Origin: Chlorokybus atmophyticus
Lineage: Eukaryota; Plantae; Mesostigma and Chlorokybus algae
Assembly (NCBI GenBank): GCA_009103225.1
Contig: RHPI01001037.1
Coordinates: forward strand, 1,856,551-1,920,550
Length of the DNA: 64,000 nt
Direction of reading: 5' to 3'
Both the position numbers and the translations under genes were made by a program. Under the pieces are notes generated by a model that saw nothing but the letters and a program-made list of their open reading frames with translations, was not told where the DNA came from and did no database searches. Below, piece by piece: positions 13,274-24,385 of the stretch (positions within the stretch are counted from its first letter, which is position 1; every line of letters begins with the position of its first letter).

Positions 13274-13746
13274 GGCCAAACCTTTTGCTGCATAGCGCGA
13301 GTCCATCGTTGACCCCGCATTGCACGTGTAGTTGCTATTGATAGCTATTGGTTTCGTGAGTCCATTCACAGTAGTGACAGTCTAGTGCTATGAAAGTCAG
13401 TATGTCTGTTGCAATCTCCAGTCCCGACATGCTCAAAGCTGTTATGTGATAAGACGGATTGGTGGTGCGCGCATTCAGTTTGTCTGTGGCTTGCTGGCCA
13501 TATGTGTTCACGCCTGCTGCGCGTCTACATGCGCTGCATACATATGTGTAGATGATAAGTACACGCAATCCACTGGCTTAGAGTTGGTGCAGATGAGGTT
13601 CAGGCCCAGGGCTGTGCTGGAGGACCCTGAAGTGGTAATCCACTAACAGCAACATCGTCACACCAAGCCACGTACTGTCATCCCTGCCTAACACTGCACA
13701 AGCATACTCACACGCATGCCAGCGGCATGCAAGCACGCCTACACAA

Positions 13747-14680
13747 CTACACTGCCGCAGCCGCCAGCACAGCGTCCACTTCCGCAGTTGGCGCCGCCGT
13801 CTGGACCGGACCCCAGCCTGGTACTGCCGCTACGACTGCTGCCCCCCGCTCCAGGATGGTGATGCCCTGGGCACGCTGCAGCGCGCAAGACACGCGCTGC
13901 CGGTACAGAGCCAAGTAGCCCGATAGCCTGCGCAATGGCAGGTCACGTGCAGCCAGTGCCCTCCTAGCGCATATGTCGATGACGTCGTGAAAACTCTGGC
14001 CCAGGGTGCCGTGCGTCTCGGCGGCGAGGGGATGGAATGTGTCGGTGGCGGGGTATTTCCGCCGCTTCGCCTGCTCCGCCGCCTTCGCTGCGCCTCCCGG
14101 TTGCTCGCCGCATGCGGTGATTGTGACATCCAAGAGCATGTGCGTAACTCGACCGGGTTCGGAGGCCACCAAGTCCCGCCTCCCCCTCGTCTCACCCGGC
14201 AGTATCGGCATAAAACCGCTCTGCTCCCTACTGACCGAAAACCCTGCGTCACGCATCACATCATATACCTCGTCGCGCAACGCGTCATGCGTTGCCGTGC
14301 GGCACCTCCCCAAGGGGCAGCGGAGTAGGTGCGCGCCCTCGGCCGTGAGCGGCCCCCCGCACAAGCAGTGCTCGACGTTGACCAACAGTGGGTGCGGTAG
14401 TCCCAGCAGCGTCCTGAGCGCGGTCCGGAAGGTGTCGGCGGAAATGCGTAGTGCCGGGAAAAGTGGCAAGGCCGACAGCCATGCGCCAGCACCGACACCC
14501 GAAGCTGATTGGCGCCGCGCCCTGTTGGCGGTAGTCGCGGTGGCATTGAATCGGTCGACCAACGCGGCGTCGACGGTGGCGGAGATGTGTTGCTGCAGCT
14601 TCCGCGCATCGACGCGCGCCAACGCCGAAAAAGGCGGAAGTGTGCGGTGCGCCTGAAGTACTTCCTGGAAGGGAGTCCAC
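13747..14680 (-). mobile_element. 5'-truncated CRE/ZEPP-like non-LTR retrotransposon: post-RT region, CCHC-like knuckle and restriction-like endonuclease (RLE); no RT seen
   Basis: Intron-free ORF with GAGAWLSALP, FRTALRTLLGLP, HCLCGG..GAHLLRC..THDALRD, REQ..RRDL..LLDVT..AEQAKRRKY..FHPLAAETHGTLG and RQRVSCALQR, the C-terminal motif order of RLE-type LINEs. Confidence 0.8.
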
Positions 14681-15067
14681 ATCAAGGTGCTTGCATGTAA
14701 TAGTTCACAGCTGCTGGGTGTTGGGTTCCAGGGTTGGAACTGACTTCTGGATGCAAGCTGCCCTGTCTGTGCAGTGCTGTCTGCTTGCATACTGGGGGCC
14801 CCTTCATTTTAACCTGTGCAAGCCGCACGCCAGGCAGTAGCGGGCTTGCAGTGGCACTAATCAAGTTGCATGCTATCAAACGATGTGCTGGCCTTTATCT
14901 GCTTGCAAGCAGAGTTGACCTGTGAGCTATGCACACATGGCATCGCACTTTTTGTACACAGGTTGTGCACAAGTTGAATACTCATCATTGCGCAAAGTCG
15001 GCGGTCTTGCCGGCTTAGAGCAGCAGGTTGCGTAGACGTTTGAATATTGTTGTCACTAATGTAAATG

Positions 15068-15227
15068 AAAAAAAAAAAAAAAAAAAAAGCCNNNNNNNNN
15101 NNNNNNNNNNNNNNNNNNNNNNNNNNNNNNNNNNNNNNNNNNNNNNNNNNNNNNNNNNNNNNNNNNNNNNNNNNNNNNNNNNNNNNNNNNNNNNNNNNNN
15201 NNNNNNNNNNNNNNNNNNNNNNNNNNN

Positions 15228-15263
<36 letters not shown>
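15068..15263 (+). other. Genomic poly(A) tract interrupted by an N gap (15092-15227)
   Basis: About 21 A before and about 36 A after the gap; TGTAA at 15060-15064 just upstream. Confidence 0.85.
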
Positions 15264-15265
<2 letters not shown>

Positions 15266-15963
15266 CCAGAACCCGAGGCTTGCAAACGACAGTGATGTGC
15301 TATGTCAGGCAAGTACTGCATTTATCCAATGGGCTGTGCCACACATGCGCAACCATGCTGATGCATTTGCACACCCAAACCAAGCCAACAAACAGGCATT
15401 AGAATATATTACTACATACACCAGAGGGCTGGCTAAGGGCCTAATGCAAAGAAAGTGCAAGCAGCGGCAGCTGGGCGGCGTTGACTGACTGACGACGACA
15501 ACAACACAGCAGCGAACGACGCACTACCTGCATAGCAGCCGTCGCGTCAGCACGTCGTTTTTATGAACAACTGACGACGTGGCAGCAATGCATGCTCGCA
15601 AAATTGTACACTACAATGTACATTGTTGGCTGTGTTCCAGATACAAGAGCTTCACAATGGAGGGACAGTGAACCAGAATGCGATGGTTGCTTGATTAGGC
15701 ATCAATGCAAACAGCAGTCAACAATGTGACGGTGTCACTCAATCTGGCCAGTGACACCGATGCCAACTGTGCTGAATGCGCATCAATGTTGTTGTCAACC
15801 CCAAATATCTGTACCAAGTATTTCTACACAATGTCTGTACCTGTACTGCTATCTACACATATGTGCCAACGCAATGCAATGTGACACGGGCCGTCTCAGG
15901 GACCTCGCAGGTGGGTGAATATACATTTGTACAGCCTTGATGTTGGAAAAGGCGGTGCTGCTT

Positions 15964-17251
15964 CTAGTACGCGAGGCCGTTGGGGAGGCCGCTGCCGTCA
16001 TGAAGAAGCGTGTCGGTGAGCCAGTACCCGTCTCTGCGGCCTCCCACACGCTGCTTCAGTGTGAATTGGTACGTCTCTAGATCCCCCGTGCGCCATCCCC
16101 GCACGAGAATCCGCTGCTTATACACGTGCTGCACGTAGGGAGTATGTCAGTTGTCATTGGGATTATGTTGGCAGAGTGCATCTCAGTGTCTCAGATGCGA
16201 CTTGCCTCGTCGAGTGTGACTGTGCTGAGGATTTCGCAGTCGCAGTGGTTGAGGAGGCAGCGGTAGGCAGGGTGGTGCATCAGACGCCGGAAGCGCTCAA
16301 ACTGCAGGCGGGGGCAAACACACGCACGGCGCATGAGAAAGCGCACGCAAACGCACATACGCGCACATACGCGCGCGCACACTGTGCGCAACAGATTGTG
16401 GTCAGTCACAGCACTAACCTGGCCTAAATCATGCGGGCGGCCGAAGTAGAGCGAGCGTTGAAATGGGTCAAAGCCTGCGAACTGCACCCCGATCCCAACG
16501 TTACCAACATCCAATTGGTGCATACATGGTGCACCAATTGCGTTGACGCACGCATGAACACGTGTACATGCAGGGTGTGGGGATGGTGCGTGAAAGTGTA
16601 CTCACTCTGTACAATACTTCAATGCCGTGGTCAATGTACGGCTTGTCGTTCAAGCGCAGCGCCTCAAGCTGCTTCTGGATGGCCACCTCCGCAGAGTACT
16701 GCTCGCATGCACACATACACACATCACACGCACTGCCGTCAATTCTGCCTGAGCAATGCCAGCATCAAACCTTGCAACTCTGGTCAACACACTACTTGCC
16801 TCATAGCACGGGCCCAGTGGCTTGCTTCCGTTTGGTGCCCTGGTCGCAAGAAGAAGCAACTTGTGTTTGAACGTAGCCAGTAAAAGTTCATTCTTTGCAG
16901 ATGGCCTGACGACGGTAAGGACCAACATCCCAACACGCAGAATTGTTGCTGGCAACAACTACCGCAACAGTGCGATGGTGCCCAATTGGGTACAATTGGG
17001 CACCTGGAAGGCTCACACAATCACGGGCAATTGCGACACATGGAATTCAGCCGTGTCGTATGCGATTGTTGTTGTGGGGTGATGCAGCCTGCTCACCCGC
17101 CCCCGGTGATGGAGCTGGCGACTACCCTCAGCGCCGCCGTCCTCCTCCCACCACCCCGTTTGAACAAAGACGAGGAGGACGAGGACAGTTTGGTGACGCC
17201 AGTCCTGGTGGTGTTGGCGGCGGCGGCGGTGAGGACGCCGCTCGCCGCCAT
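15964..17251 (-). CDS. Conserved green-lineage hypothetical protein, probably chloroplast-targeted; multi-exon
   Basis: Ala/Ser/Arg-rich transit-like exon MAASGVLTAAAA..RVVASS, then YSAEVAIQKQLEALRLNDKPYIDHGIEVLYRFAGFDPFQRSLYFGRPHDLGQFERFRRLMHHPAYRCLLNH..HVYKQRILVRG..YQFTLKQRVGGRRDGYWLTDTLLHDG*. This resembles plant unknown-function proteins as I recall them. Exon 1 is also present at the duplicated position (ATG at 17892). Confidence 0.82.
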
Positions 17252-18243
17252 GCTGCTGGCAGCAACAGCCACGCACGCGAGTGGCGGGAAGAGCTCCGTG
17301 CAATTGTGTGACACTCCTGTGTTGGGAGTGTTTGCATCACTGCAGTCTGATGGTATTGCTTACGTGGTTATGTTTTTGTGCCAGCTGGCCGCGCCCACGT
17401 CAGTCTGTTATCGAGGGACCGGTCCAGCCACCGGTTCAACTGGCTGACGACCGGCTTTTTCTTGGCTCACCGGTCAGGGGCTAAGGTTTAGGTTTAGGTT
17501 TAGGTTTAGGTTTAGGTTCAGGTTGGGCTTGGGCTTGGGCTTGGGTTTAGGCGGAGAGTGGCGTCCAGGCGGCGGTGGCGGGGATGGGGGTCATGGCGGG
17601 GGGGGGGNNNNNNNNNNGGTGCCCAATTGGGTACAATTGGGCACCTGGAAGGCTCACACAATCACGGGCAATTGCGACACATGGAATTCAGCCGTGTCGT
17701 ATGCGATTGTTGTTGTGGGGTGATGCAGCCTGCTCACCCGCCCCCGGTGATGGAGCTGGCGACTACCCTCAGCGCCGCCGTCCTCCTCCCACCACCCCGT
17801 TTGAACAAAGACGAGGAGGACGAGGACAGTTTGGTGACGCCAGTCCTGGTGGTGTTGGCGGCGGCGGCGGTGAGGACGCCGCTCGCCGCCATGCTGCTGG
17901 CAGCAACAGCCACGCACGCGAGTGGCGGGAAGAGCTCCGTGCAATTGTGTGACACTCCTGTGTTGGGAGTGTTTGCATCACTGCAGTCTGATGGTATTGC
18001 TTACGTGGTTATGTTTTTGTGCCAGCTGGCCGCGCCCACGTCAGTCTGTTATCGAGGGACCGGTCCAGCCACCGGTTCAACTGGCTGACGACCGGCTTTT
18101 TCTTGGCTCACCGGTCAGGGGCTAAGGTTTAGGTTTAGGTTTAGGTTTAGGTTTAGGTTCAGGTTGGGCTTGGGCTTGGGCTTGGGTTTAGGCGGAGAGT
18201 GGCGTCCAGGCGGCGGTGGCGGGGATGGGGGTCATGGCGGGGG
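16977..18243. repeat. Near-exact tandem duplication (offset 641 bp) spanning a 10-N gap; probable assembly overlap artefact
   Basis: 16977-~17602 matches 17618-~18243; Ns at 17608-17617 lie exactly at the junction. Confidence 0.9.
18126..18192 (+). repeat. Telomere-like (GGTTTA)5 grading into (TGGGCT)3, immediately upstream of the cpSRP54 start
   Basis: GGTTTA x5, GGTTCA, GGT, TGGGCT x3, TGGGTTTAGG; also present in the duplicated copy at ~17485-17551. Confidence 0.85.
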
Positions 18244-21200
18244 TGGGGATGGGGATAGGGGTCGGGGCGGGAGGAGTGTGCTTACTAACAAGGCGGCCTG
18301 CTGCTGCTGCTGCTGCTGCTTCGGCATGGCTCACGACGTTGAAACCCGCTGCTGGAAGGAGCCATGCCGCCGCCGCCGTGCGGCTGGGGTCGCTCAGCAG
18401 CAGTGACGCCCTTGGCCGAGTGAGCGCCGCATTAGCGCTTGATCACATTACGTTGTTCTGTTTCTCTCGATTGCCGAATTGACTGCTTTTGGGATGCCAC
18501 ATGTGTTGGTGGACACATTCATACCACATTGCATCTTGCCATTGTTGTCAAAGTCATCACATGCAGCCACAGACACGCACACACACGCTCGTGGTCGCGC
18601 ACATACGCTCATGTGTGCCTAGCCACACACACACACACATAAACTCACACAAACACACTCGACTGTGCAGCGGAATGGGTTGAGGAGCGCAGTGTTTGGA
18701 CAATGCCGACGCCAGCGCCAGAGTCCCCGCCTGCATGGCTTGCAGGTACCAACGCATGCGCATGCAGTGTTATTGCTTTGGGCTTTGTTTGCAGTATTGT
18801 CACAATTGACCACTTGGCAATGCCACCATTGGGCACTGGCAGGTCCGCGCAGATATGTTCGACGCATTGAGCGACAGGTTGGGAGAGGCGTGGAAGAAGC
18901 TGAGCGGGGCAGACAAGCTCGACCAAGACAACATCAAGGAGCCCATGAAGGAGATCAGGCGCGCCCTGCTTGAAGCCGATGTGAGTTCGGTGTCTATAAA
19001 AAACAATAACAAAGAACCACACAAAATGCAGTGCGCTGTCTATGCATCCGTGAGAGTTTGTTTAGGGTCGGGGATACACATGCGCGCATGCGCACACTCA
19101 CACCGTTATGCACACGCACACACGCAAGCACGCGTATGCACTCGCACGTATACGCGCACCTATGTGTACACGCACGTGCACACGCATGCACGGACGCGCG
19201 CGGGCATACATGCACATGCATGCGCGCGCACACTCGCACAACCATGCGTGCACTCATTCGCAAACATGGGTACAGGTCAGCTTGCCGGTTGTCCGTCGCT
19301 TCATCAAGCGCGTCGAGGACAAGGCCGTGGGCGTGTCCGTTCTCAAGGGCGTCAAGCCAGACCAACAGCTCGTCAAGGTGTGAGAGCGGTGCCACACACG
19401 CACGTTGACGCTGAGCTCGGTAGATCATCCCCACTCACCCTCTTTGCACCCCTCAGGTTGTGTACGACGAGCTCGCGTCTCTCATGGGCGGTGAGCAGCG
19501 CGGCCTCGAGTTCAGTAAAAAGGGTCCCACCGTCATTCTCATGGCGGGTCTTCAGGGCGTCGGCAAGACCACCGCCTGCGGCAAGCTCGCATTATACCTC
19601 CAACAGAAACAGGGCAAGTCCGTGGCTATGGTGGCCGCGGACGTGTACCGGCCCGCCGCCATCGACCAGCTCGTCACGCTCGGGAAACAGGTCGGCGTGC
19701 CCGTGTTCGAATTTGGAGCGGATGTGGACCCGGTCACCATCGCGAAGAGGGGAGTCGAGGAGGGGACCAAGGCGGGAGCGGACGTCGTCATCATCGATAC
19801 GGCGGGAAGATTGCAGGCATGAGATGAGATGCATGTGCATGTTGTCGTTGCAGCAAGCAAGTGTCTCTCTAGCAAGAGCCTGTCCACGTGTATGCGTGTG
19901 TGTACGTGCGGACGCGTAACCTGAACATGTGTAGGTGAACAAGCAAATGATGGCGGAGCTGACCAACATCCGGAAGGCGGTGAAGCCGACAGAGACTCTG
20001 CTGGTCGTGGACGCGATGACGGGGCAAGAAGCTGCAGGTCAGTGCGCCATTCTACGACACGAGCCATCACATACGGGAGCACTGAGCGCAGTAGTTTGAC
20101 TGACTTTGGGATTTGTGCAGCACTGGTGGCGGCGTTCAACTCTGAGGTGGAGCTCACCGGCGCCATCCTCACGAAGCTGGATGGCGATGCTCGCGGTGGT
20201 GCCGCACTCAGTATCAATGAGGTGGGCATTGTCTATCATGTCACGTCAAAGGAAAGTTGCACACACTCATTGGTGGCTTGGCGCAGGTGTCGGGCAAGCC
20301 AATCAAGTTTGTGGGTGTTGGTGAGAAGCTGACCGCGCTGGAGCCCTTTTACCCCGACCGCATGGCGCAGCGCATCCTCGGAATGGGCGACATCTTGTCG
20401 CTAGTCGAGAAGGCGCAAGACTCGGTGGGAGAACACACTATATACACGTAGTTTCAACTTGAACAACGGGGTTTTGGTCTGGCTCAATGACATGTGCGCA
20501 GGTTGATGAGGAGTCAGCGAAGAGGTTGAATGAGAAGATCCTTGAGGCCAAGTTCGACTTCAACGACTTTTTGCAGCAGATGGGCATGCTGAAGAAGATG
20601 GGCAACATGAGCGGGTTCATGAAGATGGTCCCCGGCATGAACAAGATGGTATGGCTCAGACCACACGTCACAGTACAAACACATTCAACCAAAGCTTGAC
20701 CGCTGGAAGTTGTTGTGTTGCAGATACCACAAGGGCAGCTGAAGGAGGCCGAGAAGAGCATTGGTGTCATGGAGGTCATGATAAGCTCCATGACCAAAGG
20801 TGGGTGTGCAGTCATTGAAAGCAATAGATATTGGGTGTTGGGTGTTGACACCCTTGCCATTGGCGGTTGTGAGTGTGGACTCAGCGTGTTTATTATTTGG
20901 CTGCAGCCGAGCGCGCTGACCCCAATGTGGTGGCATCTTCCCCTTCGCGCAAAAGGCGAATAGCAAAGGGGTCCGGCAGAACAGAGCGCGAGGTACAGAC
21001 GCACATGCACATGCACACGCACACGCACACGCACGCAGTGGTGTCAGCATTAATCAAGAAACGCTTTTGACAGTTGTGATGATTGACGATTCACTACTTC
21101 AGGTCGTCTGACTCTTGGCTGGGTTTTTGTTTGGTGTTATTGTTGTGGCAGGTGCAAACGCTGTTGGCGCAGTTCGGTCAGCTTCGTTCTCAGATGCAAT

Positions 21201-21483
21201 CCATGAGCAAGATGATGATGGCGGGCGGGCCGGGACAGGTGCCCGGCGCGGGGTCCATGCCCTCCATGGATGAGATACTCACAGGCAACGTCCGAAAGGT
21301 GCGTGTTGTGTTGGGTGTTGAGTTTGGTTGGTTTGTTCATCACATAAAAAGTGTTGTTATCAATCCCCCCCGTCTTTGCAGGCTGCGCCTGGCAAAGCCA
21401 AGAGGAAAAAGTCGCGGCAACTCGAGGAGGCTGGAGCTAGACCAAAGGGCTTTGGCGGGGGAGGCGGGTTTGGGAAAAAGTAG
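18225..21483 (+). CDS. cpSRP54: Chloroplast signal recognition particle 54 kDa subunit; multi-exon
   Basis: Transit-like N-terminus, [30 protein letters not shown]-loop [57 protein letters not shown]-domain [24 protein letters not shown]; TAG at 21481-21483. Start is 18225 or 18234. Confidence 0.96.
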
Positions 21484-21878
21484 TAGTGGAGTGGATTTTG
21501 ATGTTGATGATGTTAATGTTGGGGTTAGTCCCTGTTTAGCGGCGGCGGCTGGGGCGTGTATGCAATCTCATCTAGCAGCGTAGCGTAGAGGTAAAAAAAC
21601 GCAGTCTTTACTGAGTAGGGACTGGTTTTGCATCAGTGCACCATTGTGGGCATTATTATGATCAACCATATGTCTGTTGATGATGTTCACAACAGGCCAT
21701 ACTTTCTTTCATCACACAGTAACAATGTCTCTGCCTGCAGTCGTATGGTCTAGTCTAGACAACAATACCTTAGCAATAATGTCATCAATGCAATATCATG
21801 GTGGTACAGCGAGTAACAGCCGCTACGCTACATCATTGCATCCACCCTAAGCGCCACTGATAGCCCCTTTTGTCGGCC

Positions 21879-22921
21879 TTACGTGAACCTGATGATGATG
21901 GGCACGAAGATGAACAGCAGGAGGACGAGCACAACGATGGCCACGATGATCTTGACCTGCACATGTGTAACAATATTGGTAACGATGATGATGATTGTTG
22001 TGGGATTGATGTGGAGGAGGGCATGTTGGTTTGGGGTCTTTCTCTCACCTTGAAGTTGCGCCACCACATCTGGTTTTTGAGGGATTTGCTCTGGGTCTGG
22101 AAGCGCTGCGCGTCTAACCTCAGGGCCTCTGCGCAGTGGCAATATAGTGTCAAGTCGTGAGGCAAGCAGGGTGTTGTTGTGTCGATCGCACACATTCATA
22201 CTTTGGACTTGTACACACACACACATGTCTCCGCCCTACGTACCGCTCTTGTTCTCGACACTCTTGATATTCTCCGTGTTAGCCAGCACCTTGTTGATAT
22301 TCCCCTCCATGACCGCCTTGACCTCATCCACCTTCATCCCCACCGCGGTGATCTTATCCACTTGAGACAGATCCGCATACCTCAGGCACAGCTCCTTCAT
22401 GAACCCTGTGCACTGCTTAGTGAGCGCTCCCGCCCCGGCCGCGTTGCCGACCAGGTTGGCGAGGTCGTTGCCGAGGTCGCTGCGGGCGCGGTCGCGGAGG
22501 TCCTGCAAGAGGCGGAAGGCGCTGCGGCGAGGGTAGGAGGCGGAGGTGACGACGGCGAAGACCTCGGCGTCCTGGGAATGGAGGTGGAGGGTGCCCACAC
22601 GCTCGTTCACCGTCACGGTCAGCTGGCTGTTGGCCTTGAGGTTACCGGAACCCACCACGCGACCGACGGTCTCGAGACACTGGGAGAGTGGGTGGGTGGG
22701 TGGGTGGGTGGGAGGGGGGTATTCACTGCTCATGTGTGTGTGTGTGTACTTACTTCTGGGTCGGCGTGCTTGTGGGCCCAGGAGGCGACCACCACGCCGT
22801 CGCTCAGTCGCGACAGCGTGCAGAACCGTACATTGGGCCCGCCGCCGCCGCCGTTGCTCCCCTGCTCAACATCATCATCATCATCATCACAATCAATGTG
22901 GTGATCTGCATCTGCATCCAT
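21879..22921 (-). CDS. VAMP7: VAMP7/VAMP72-like longin SNARE (longin domain, synaptobrevin coil, C-terminal TM helix)
   Basis: Longin-like FCTLSRLSDGVVVAS..FAVVTSASYPRRSAFRLLQDL; KVDEVKAVMEGNINKVL..KSAEALRLDAQRFQTQSKSLKNQMWWRNFKVKIIVAIVVLVLLLFIFVPII; TAA at 21879-21881. Confidence 0.88.
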
Positions 22922-23365
22922 GCACTCTGCATTATGCCTGAAGCACCCAATCACCCTCACTCCCACTCGCATCCTGACTCACCATTGCGCTTCACGCACA
23001 GGGTCTGATCCCTGTCTTCTCCTAGACCGCCTTCCCGAGCAGCTCAGCCACAAAATTATTGACTATAATCAACAAACCGCTAAGGGCGTGTGTGTACACC
23101 TAAGCGCGGGTAATGTAGCCCTTACGGGCTATGTGTGTATGTGTATCCTCCCACAGCAGCCAGATCAGGTGTCTCCGACCCTCTTCAGCAACCTGGCGAT
23201 GTCGCCCCCAACGCTACACAGAAGACACACACAATCAAGCGCTTCTTTCACACCAAACACCCTCCTGACGCTCCCCCCGCCGCCGCCGTCAACGATACCG
23301 TCGCCGCTGCTAAGGTCAAGGCTAGGCAGGCCGCCACGCGGCAAGTTTGACGCGGGGTGCTGGGG

Positions 23366-23375
23366 GTCACGTGAC
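23366..23375. promoter_or_regulatory. Palindromic E-box GTCACGTGAC in the VAMP7/DPAGT1 divergent promoter
   Basis: Exact 10-bp palindrome; the same motif recurs in two other head-to-head intergenic regions. Confidence 0.55.
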
Positions 23376-24385
23376 AGAATACAATGCCCCTTCGCGGAGT
23401 TGTAGTGCCGTTTCACAGCGTGCGGCGCACAAGCAGGGTCGGGGACCCCCAAAGCGGCTGCAGCAAGCGGGATCTGGTTGACTGGACCCGATCGGGGTTG
23501 AGAGGTTTACGTCATGCGTCACGGTAAGAGAATCTGGTTGGCGTGACGCCTGTGTGGTGTGGTCGTTACGGGCGGCGGCCACATTGGCGTTGGCGGCGGC
23601 GTTGGCGGCAGCGGTGCGGAGCGCGCTGCTGGCGATACTTGTAGCTGAGTAAGTCTGGATGCATGCTCCGATGAGTTGACAATATGTGTGCATCCGGAGA
23701 TGTGTGCCGTTGTCGTGGCCAGCACATCAGCCCGCATGTGCGCTCAGTGTTGACAACCAGGCCAAGGAACAAGGTGTTGGTCTCACAGTGACAGATAAAC
23801 TTGATATACGTCCTCGATTCATGCAACAAGATATAGTGCGAGCAGTGGGTTGTGGTGTTTTCTCGTCTCATGCCAACGATGGGCACATCAACTTTGAGCC
23901 ACTCTATCTGCGATGTCTACCCCACCGAAGCCATGCACCTGGTGCATTGGCCGTGTGCAACAATCCACCGCACGTATCATGTGTTGAGCACAAGTTTACG
24001 AGTAGTCAGTCTATGACAGTGTCCATACTTGATGCACAAGTGTGAAGTGTGAAAGCAGCAAGCATGGCTACCAATCACCAGTTGAGCTGGTTGTTCGGCG
24101 TGTTAATGCATGCAGTTACTTGTTGATCACAATGCATTGCTTTGGGTGTCTTAACATACCACAACATAATCATACCACAACACAAGTGTAAAAGCAAGTG
24201 CATCAGCAGACTCCCTTTTCCGTTTAGTTTTGAGTTAACACTCAGCATAGTCTTCACGCGCATTGACTTATATGTTGTGGTGCACTGCAGCGGCGGTGAC
24301 CATGCCTCGCTAGGCTTCAACACCAGTGCGCGCTCCCGCATACCAACGTGTCACAAGCACACTTGACACAACATCACCCACCACC

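Noticed and set aside
16977-18243. Tandem duplication of a promoter plus first exon as a real biological event
   Set aside because: The copies are essentially identical and the junction is an N gap after a G-run, which is typical of uncollapsed contig overlap. Spanning long reads would settle it.
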